The position numbers and the translations under genes are program-made. From Mayamaea pseudoterrestris (taxonomy: Eukaryota), in the NCBI GenBank assembly GCA_027923505.1, contig BROI01000019.1, forward strand, positions 1 to 64,000: a DNA stretch of 64,000 nt. Reading direction: 5' to 3'. Under the pieces are notes generated by a model that saw nothing but the letters and a program-made list of their open reading frames with translations, was not told where the DNA came from and made no database searches. This document shows positions 57,005-64,000 of this stretch, piece after piece; the stretch's first letter is position 1; each line of letters begins with the position of its first letter.

Positions 57005-58885
57005 ATGCCTCGTCGCGATCCATTTCCCATGCGATCAGACGCCGCCAAGAAACTGGCCGGAGCCGACGACGACGAACATGGCAACGAGTGGAGCACCATG
57101 GCGACAACAACAAACACTGCTTCCAATGCTGCGCCACTAGAAATTGATGACGCTCGCGATGGATTAATGGGAAGCAACAAGAAGAAGAGTCATGATGATA
57201 ACGACGATTTAAATGATGACGACGACGATTCCGTGGAGGACGTGTTTCTGGATCGACCACTCTGGGAGAGTCGTTCGTCTGGACGAACTTTGGCAAAATG
57301 CCAACGCTCCTTTGACCGCGTCTACCATCGCTTGTACGGCGACAAGTTACCCGTTTCGGAAATGCTGCGCACCCTTTGCTTGGCGTCGACGCTCTTCTTC
57401 ATGATTGGCGGCTACTGGTTGATGCGCAGCCTCAAGGACCCGATTCTGACGGCACTCTGCGGCGTGGAAGTGATTCCCAAGGCGAAAATGCTTTCCGTCT
57501 TTGTGGTATTTGGAGTTGTGTCTGTATACAATCGGTTTTTGGATACGGAAATTCCAAGGCATCAATTGTTTTACATTTTTGGAACGTTTTACTTTGTCGT
57601 CTTTTTGACGATTGCAATGTTGCTGCTGCATCCAACGATTGGACTGGAGAATCAAAGACCGTCTCCATGGCGTCTGCTGGGTTGGATCTCCTACTGTACG
57701 ATTGAAAGCTTTGGATCAGTCATGGTTTCATTGTTTTGGTCCTTTACCAACAGCAACTTTTCACTGGAGTCGGCCAAGGCAAGTTACGGAGTGTTGATTG
57801 CCGTGGCGCAGCTTGGCAGCATCTTGGGACCAACCTTTGTGAGTCGGTACGCGGAAACGGTTGGAGTCGCTGCATGTTACGTTGTTGGCGCCTGCTGCCT
57901 CGCGTTGTTGCAAGTGACCATGTACGTTTACATTAGCTTGTATGGAACGGCGGATCGCAATATTCCAGCCAAGCCGCAAAAGAAAACAAAGGCTGGCATG
58001 TTTGAGGGACTCAAGCTCTTTTGGGAGCACAATTATGTAAAGGGAATTTTCGCCATTAGTTGCTTGTTCATGGTGGAAGTTACCATCATTGATTTCACCA
58101 TGAAAATGTTGGCGCGCGACTACTTTGCCGAGGAGCATCCTTGCGAAATGTCCATGTCTTGCTACGATAATTCTGGAGCTGGTAATCATGGCATGTCGGA
58201 GGATGCGACGGCGTCCTTTACAAGCTTTATGGGATTCTTTGGGCAGGTGACAAACTCGCTCAGTTTTCTGTTTAGTCTCTTTGGAACGAGCGCCGTGATC
58301 CGAGCGCTCGGACTGCGGTTGACCTTGCTGCTGTTTCCCTCGCTCTGTTTGGCAGTCATTATTTTCGTTCGCCTATATCCTTCACTCTTTGTTGTTTTTG
58401 GCGCCATGATTACACTCAAGGCTGCCTCATACTCGCTCAATAACCCGACGAAGGAAATCTTGTATCAACCGACGAGTGGCAGTGTCAAATACAAGGCCAA
58501 GAGCTGGATTGACATATTCGGTGCGCGTGGCTCCAAGGCTCTGGGCAGTGTTGTGACGAATGCCTTTTCGGATTCATCCGTTGCTTTGGTGCAGAATGGC
58601 AGTTTAGTTGGCATGTGCGTGGCATCCTTTCTCATTTGGAACGCAACGTTTATGGGTAAACGCTTTGACGAGTACACGGAGTCTGGCTACATTGTTGGTG
58701 ATGACCCTACCGAGGAGGAAACGGAGGCGGTGAATGTCGCCATGGCGAGTGACCAGAATGCGGAGGCGGATACAAGTTGTGCGATTTACGAGGAGGACGA
58801 TGAGCTTGGGGCGGAGGATGATGGTCAAAGCGACGGCGAGACCGACTTTGCCAAGGCTAAATCAGCAGACACTACCATGGTATAG
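57005..58885 (+). CDS. Nucleotide transporter (NTT/TLC family), paralog 2
   Basis: Same motifs as 46168-48003, plus an intact VEVT. Confidence 0.9.
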   Translation: MPRRDPFPMRSDAAKKLAGADDDEHGNEWSTMATTTNTASNAAPLEIDDARDGLMGSNKKKSHDDNDDLNDDDDDSVEDVFLDRPLWESRSSGRTLAKCQRSFDRVYHRLYGDKLPVSEMLRTLCLASTLFFMIGGYWLMRSLKDPILTALCGVEVIPKAKMLSVFVVFGVVSVYNRFLDTEIPRHQLFYIFGTFYFVVFLTIAMLLLHPTIGLENQRPSPWRLLGWISYCTIESFGSVMVSLFWSFTNSNFSLESAKASYGVLIAVAQLGSILGPTFVSRYAETVGVAACYVVGACCLALLQVTMYVYISLYGTADRNIPAKPQKKTKAGMFEGLKLFWEHNYVKGIFAISCLFMVEVTIIDFTMKMLARDYFAEEHPCEMSMSCYDNSGAGNHGMSEDATASFTSFMGFFGQVTNSLSFLFSLFGTSAVIRALGLRLTLLLFPSLCLAVIIFVRLYPSLFVVFGAMITLKAASYSLNNPTKEILYQPTSGSVKYKAKSWIDIFGARGSKALGSVVTNAFSDSSVALVQNGSLVGMCVASFLIWNATFMGKRFDEYTESGYIVGDDPTEEETEAVNVAMASDQNAEADTSCAIYEEDDELGAEDDGQSDGETDFAKAKSADTTMV

Positions 58886-58918
58886 TTAAAAAATTACTAA
58901 CAAACACAAATGTCTAAA

Positions 58919-61037
58919 TTACATTTGCCGCTGGTGCCGTATCCTTGCACTACTCCGGCGATGTTGCTCCAGTAGCTTCTTGTCAACATCTGATAGTGGT
59001 GTCCAGCCTTCAAGGCGACGTCGGCACTGGAGCGAGACGGCGACCGAGAGCCCCAAAACAATTAATATTCCAAGCAGAAACTTTGGGGCGACGAGCGGCG
59101 GAACAAAGCCAACGTCGCTAATCTTGTCCGGTTCGTCCCAAAGAATGGAATCTTGGCCATCGTGAGCGAGACAGTGCGGACCCGTCCAACCATCGTTGCA
59201 CTCGCAAACATTGCCTTTGGTACACCGTCCTCGATCCTCGCCACCGCATGATTCAGGGTTCACGCCAACAGCCTCGTGCACGCATGCTCCCAATCCTCGC
59301 TGAATGTCCTTCAATGGGCGGGCATCGCTCTCCTGCTTGTACAAGTGCGCGTGAGCTTCAATGTACTGCCGCGTCGGTCGCTCCGGCGTTGAGCATCCAA
59401 CTTTCTGTTCCGGCATGTTTGGATCTTGGTACACGCGGATCCAGTCGATCTTATATTTTGGTGGCTCCTTTTGCTTGATCATATCGCAAAAGCCTTCCGA
59501 AAATCCGCAAGTATCTTGCCATGCATGCGAGTTGCAATCATACTTTTTGCAGGGGCAGCTTGGTGGGCATTCCCTGGGAAAGCCCCATTGCTTGGAAATT
59601 GCCGTATTCAGTATAATGTAACTGGGCTCTGACGAAACTGTCGTTCCAAGTCCAGCATCCTTGATTCCACTTCCATTAATTGCCAAGACGAGCTTACCAT
59701 CCAAAAACCAATGCAAGTATCCATCCTTTTCATCCGTCGGAACGTCCCACTCCAATCGATACACGTGCGACGAATTGAAGTGTGTTTCGGCCAGTTGATT
59801 GTTGTATGATATGGCATCAGACCAGTAATCTTGCTGCGCCGGGTGAACACTGTTTAGAAAGTGATTATATGTGCCGTAGAACCCAATGTTGAGCGAAGCG
59901 TTTCTGCCGCCGAGCAAGCCCTTGTACCATTGACCCGGACCCGGCCACTCGCCATCCCCGGGGCGATTTGCGGGCCGGCCTTTGTATTTACAAATAAAAG
60001 TAAGGATTAAACATCGTGAGGAAGAGGACACAATTGGGCACAGCATGCCGCTTACATAACTACGAATACAACATCACATGACACACTCATCTCAACTCAC
60101 CAGGCGCCACTTGATACGATGCACTCATGAACGGCTGACCGACCGGCGACTTGAGAAAGACTCCCGTGTTTGCCTTGATGTTGCCCGGCTGCACCTCGAA
60201 AATATCAATCTCGGGCGCTCCCCTACCCAGAAACGGCGCCATGCCGTAGTGCGCCACGGCGTCACACCCCGACACTTGCTGCGCGTAGCCCGACTTTTCC
60301 GTGCACACAATACTACTCCACGGCCAAACGTGCTGCGAGCTGCCCACGTAGGTATGTCGCGCCAAATTGCCGAGCAGCCAAAAGGCGGGCCACAAGCCTC
60401 CCACTTGGGAGTTGCCGGGCAGTTGCACCTTGGCTTCAATGATTCCGCCCGTGAAGCAAAACTTGTTCCAGGACTGCAGCATGGCCGACGTAAAGTGCTT
60501 GGTGGTTTGCTCCTTTTGCAGCGTCAAATCGTCAAAGCCAACAACGTTCGTGTCAGCTGCGTGACTCTCAATGACCAATTGGCCGTCGGCGTTGGTGTAA
60601 GCATGTTCCGGCGAGTAGTAGTGCAAAGCGTCGTTCGTGTAGTCGTTTTTATGGAGCGACGTCCATCGCGGATCCGTGCCATCGTCAAAGGTGCGCGCCG
60701 CAACGTTGAATTCATCGGAAAAGACCAGCTGTAGTTTATCGCTCGCGTCAAAGGTGGGATAGTCAGTGGGAGATGATGATGGATTGTAGCTTGGTTGCGT
60801 CGAGACCGTGGGACGAGGAGAAGTGGTTGGTTTGCGCCGTTTTCGTGGCTTGCTGGTTGGCTTGGGAGTAGGCGGAGGCGCCGGTCCCAGGCGAATGTTG
60901 TACCGACGCGTCGTTTGCGCGTGATGCGGCGTGTCCGGGTCAATCCAGGATTTTTCGCCTTGAGATTGGGCCACTGGGAGACTCATGCCAAGTATTAACA
61001 GCAATAGCATACTCAGAAAACCTCGATTCATCATCAT
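58919..61037 (-). CDS. KRE6/SKN1-like GH16 beta-1,6-transglycosylase (intron 59980-60100)
   Basis: Signal peptide, WIDPDTP, LVFSDEF, MLQSWNKFCFTGG, GRGAPEIDIFE (GH16 EIDxxE), IDWIRVYQ, EGF-like motif and C-terminal TM. Confidence 0.92.
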
Positions 61038-61464
61038 TGATGATTGTTCATGACATCGCCTCCGACGTTTGCGATTCCATTGGTAATTCAGTAAGGGATC
61101 AGTTACCGCTGATAAACTCATTAATATATTTTGTTGCATTCCAACTAAAAGAGTTTCAATACATTGCTGTATGGCAAACTTTGGTGCAACTGTTGCACCT
61201 GAGTTTCTGCTTTTTCCTTGGCAAAGAGAGTCGTCGATGATCATCGGCAACCCCAAGTGCGTGTCGCCAGGAGTTGTCGCAGCGTTTTAGCTGTCGTAGC
61301 ACGATCGAATTCAGTCCGTCGGTCGTTCCATAACCGGTGCGATTCTTCGTCGTCGACGTCCAATCGATCGCCTTCGACCATGGCGATTTTCAAGTTCCGC
61401 CAAGGTGTAGTTTACTCAGCACTCTGTTCTTAGATTGACTTCTTGACACACATTCGATCCAGAA

Positions 61465-64000
61465 ATGTCATCACTGAGTGAAAAGCAGCGAGTTTTATCG
61501 CTAGTGCTGCGATACATGAGCAGCAATCATCGTCACGTTTCTGCGCAACAACAGAATTCAAGGTTACAGCATGGAGCTGCTATTCGAGCTGCTTCATCAT
61601 CCACCATTGAACCCATTGTCAGCAAGGAGGAAAATAACAGTCGATCCAGACGACGATCAAAGTATTCTCCGTCCGAAACGGCAGCCTACAGTGACGGCTG
61701 GGTACCGACCGCCTATCGAGGCGCCGAAACTTCGTCGTCGTCGAGCAGTAAAAGTTATGCCAGTGGCAATGGATCTGCAGCGCGTCCTCATCGCCACTCG
61801 AGACACTCTCGAGGAAGAACATTCAAACCAACATATTCGAAAGAGCAAGAAAAACTGGAACAGTATATTGCCAAGCGACAGGAGCATTACGAGAAACTGT
61901 CGCGTCACTGGGAAGGTACGCTGGCGCGACTGGTCGACAAGTACTCCAGTAGTTTTGGACAAGTCAATCGCACACAATCCGCTAGCAGCAAAATTGGCAA
62001 GAACAAGTCACATGCTGCAGAAGTGACTCGACTTGGTCAAGAACTCGAGCGCATGTTTGCAGCAGTGCACCCGTCATCATTGCATGATCATTCCATGGAC
62101 GTGACCACCATTGGAAATTCCGAGGATTCCTTTCGCAACCTTTGTCGCGCCCTGCAGGGGACGATTGAATCGTGCGCCGCGTTGGCCAAGTCATCTTCTG
62201 CAGTCGACGCGGCGGCGGCGGAACTACAAGGCGACAACGTGAATGCTCCGCAGCACCAGTATGCGGAGGATGCCAGAGCGTACGTGCAACTGGCGGAGCA
62301 AGCTTTATTGGCCTTGGCCAAGTTTCGCTCGGATCGTGCCGAGTTGATTGCCGTGGTTGTAGACCATGAGTCAGCTGCTGCTGCGTCGTCTCATGGCGAT
62401 ACTGAAACTGATATTGCTCATTCACAGTCGTCGGCAAACAAGGGTTTTTTCCAAACGTTGGTCAGCTTTATACGTGGTGACAGTGGCAACGAGGTAAATT
62501 CCTCTATCAAGGAAAATCCCTTGACGGCGAGACGATTTGCGCATGAGGATGCCAATCTTGGTGTCACGGAGGAACTATTGGGTTTAGTCTTGCGCTCCTT
62601 GTATAGTTTAGTGGCAGAGGTGCCCAAGGATGGATTCGTGTTTTCGAACCATGCACACTCTGCGCAAAAGCAGCCACATGATTTGCACCAAGTGGCAGAT
62701 CGCATGTGCAACTTGCTGGACGTCATGCCGCCGTCGTGGAAATGTACGAATGGAGAAACGCTGGATTTAGTGCTGGACATGCTCCGTCGGGTGGGGAGCT
62801 TGGAGAGTGCTATAAACTCTTCTCAATTATTCCAACAACACTCAAATTTGGAGAACCAGGGTACATTTGCCCTCGTGTTGCAGGCATACTTGGCAGCTTG
62901 CTTACAAGAGACGGATGATGAAATCCGGTTTAAGGTAGCCAAGATTGCGCTGACCGTCTTGCACGAGCAGTGGAGTGAATGCTATCCGGAACACCATGTG
63001 CAGCGTGTCTTGCATGCATCCATAATGCTTCATTGTGTCACCGTCGCCGATCGAGTGCGTGCACCTGGCACCGAAACATTCATGCGACAGCAGGGAGAAA
63101 ACCTTATTTTTCGAACTCTGGGCAAAAAGATGCATGCCAAGCTGATGCAAGAGTTGGAGACTACCAGTCCATCGTTAACTTACCTCTCGCTGCCACTGGC
63201 AAACTATCTTGCACAGTTGTATGCACATTCCGATGATCGCGACAAACTTGTCGTTGCCATGAGGACAGTTGGACCCATCCTCTCGCACTATCGCGTCAGA
63301 ATTGGAAAAATGATTGCATTTCCAGTCGTTGAGACAGTTAACGTAGTTCTTCGATCCGTGACACGCCAGTACCAGGGCGTGGCTAAAAAGAAATGGAAGA
63401 ATTTGAAGCCCGATGAGGATGTAAAGTTTGCGATGAAGGTGCTTGACGATATGCTGCGTCATCAGGACAGCACATGCTGGCCGGATGCCGACACTTTTGA
63501 TGTCATCTTTAGTCTTTTGTTGGCGGTGAAACCAGCAGATATTGGATTGCAGGCGGATCATCTACTAGCGAAGATGGAGATTCGTAACATCTTGTCCCCG
63601 TCGATACCAGTTCCTATCACCTTATCCACGTACCATCAGGTTCTGCAGTTTTGGTTGGAGGCGGCCAAGCGTGGGACCGCACCTGATGCATGTGATCGGG
63701 CTTTGGATATTTTGAACAAGCTTGAGCTACAGTCAAACCCGCTTTTGCTGAGCGATATTGAGTCGCGAATGCCTGTGGCGTTGCCATTGTACAACATATT
63801 CCTTCGTCCGACGCGGCATACATACAAGCTTATTCTCGAAATATGTTTGGCGACGAAAGCGGAAGAAAAGCTTGAAGGCGCTTTGCAGATTGCCTCTGAG
63901 GCTTATGCAAGAATGGAAAATAGTGGAATTATGTCGGACAAGAAGAATGCTACACTACTGGCTAAGATCAGGAACCACGGTGTAGCAGATAAAGGAGACG
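61465..64000 (+). CDS. PPR-like helical repeat protein, 3' end beyond window
   Basis: Frame read by hand is open from ATG 61465 to the window end (absent from the ORF track because it has no stop). PDADTFDVIF, TLSTYHQVL and PTRHTYKLILEIC are PPR-like. Confidence 0.8.
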   Translation, partial: MSSLSEKQRVLSLVLRYMSSNHRHVSAQQQNSRLQHGAAIRAASSSTIEPIVSKEENNSRSRRRSKYSPSETAAYSDGWVPTAYRGAETSSSSSSKSYASGNGSAARPHRHSRHSRGRTFKPTYSKEQEKLEQYIAKRQEHYEKLSRHWEGTLARLVDKYSSSFGQVNRTQSASSKIGKNKSHAAEVTRLGQELERMFAAVHPSSLHDHSMDVTTIGNSEDSFRNLCRALQGTIESCAALAKSSSAVDAAAAELQGDNVNAPQHQYAEDARAYVQLAEQALLALAKFRSDRAELIAVVVDHESAAAASSHGDTETDIAHSQSSANKGFFQTLVSFIRGDSGNEVNSSIKENPLTARRFAHEDANLGVTEELLGLVLRSLYSLVAEVPKDGFVFSNHAHSAQKQPHDLHQVADRMCNLLDVMPPSWKCTNGETLDLVLDMLRRVGSLESAINSSQLFQQHSNLENQGTFALVLQAYLAACLQETDDEIRFKVAKIALTVLHEQWSECYPEHHVQRVLHASIMLHCVTVADRVRAPGTETFMRQQGENLIFRTLGKKMHAKLMQELETTSPSLTYLSLPLANYLAQLYAHSDDRDKLVVAMRTVGPILSHYRVRIGKMIAFPVVETVNVVLRSVTRQYQGVAKKKWKNLKPDEDVKFAMKVLDDMLRHQDSTCWPDADTFDVIFSLLLAVKPADIGLQADHLLAKMEIRNILSPSIPVPITLSTYHQVLQFWLEAAKRGTAPDACDRALDILNKLELQSNPLLLSDIESRMPVALPLYNIFLRPTRHTYKLILEICLATKAEEKLEGALQIASEAYARMENSGIMSDKKNATLLAKIRNHGVADKGD

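Noticed and set aside
61571..62026. 151-aa + ORF as a separate gene
   Set aside because: Overlaps, in another frame, the long ORF starting at 61465.
1..64000. CRISPR arrays, rRNA genes, prokaryotic operons
   Set aside because: No repeat-spacer arrays or rRNA-like sequence seen; the sequence is intron-containing eukaryotic DNA.

Overview
Gene-dense eukaryotic nuclear DNA from a diatom-type stramenopile. Support: an Lhcf fucoxanthin-chlorophyll protein, ASAF-type bipartite plastid presequences, short GT-AG introns, a cyclase-PDE fusion and a KRE6-like transglycosylase. Bases 1-~6020 are the 3' part of a decayed Ty1/copia LTR retrotransposon (PR-IN-RT-RH, two stops, two frameshifts, CpG-type transitions) that appears to interrupt a host gene. 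Nested in its RT domain is the most interesting object: a 676-bp non-coding TRIM (3790-4465) with identical 206-bp LTRs, TA...TA termini, a 4-bp TSD, a PBS and a PPT. Each LTR contains a tRNA-like Pol III cassette (A-box-like, perfect B box/T arm, T4 terminator). If CCA were added, its 3' end would be complementary to the element's own PBS, suggesting a self-encoded primer (inference). The remainder holds about 30 protein genes. Other findings: a palindrome GTACCGGTAC recurring in divergent promoters, a small plastid-targeted ORF with an in-frame TGA and a downstream SECIS/K-turn-like hairpin, a diverged pair of NTT nucleotide transporters, a signal-peptide-bearing proteasome beta subunit and a pseudokinase. 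All calls are by-eye motif recognition; no database searches were run.
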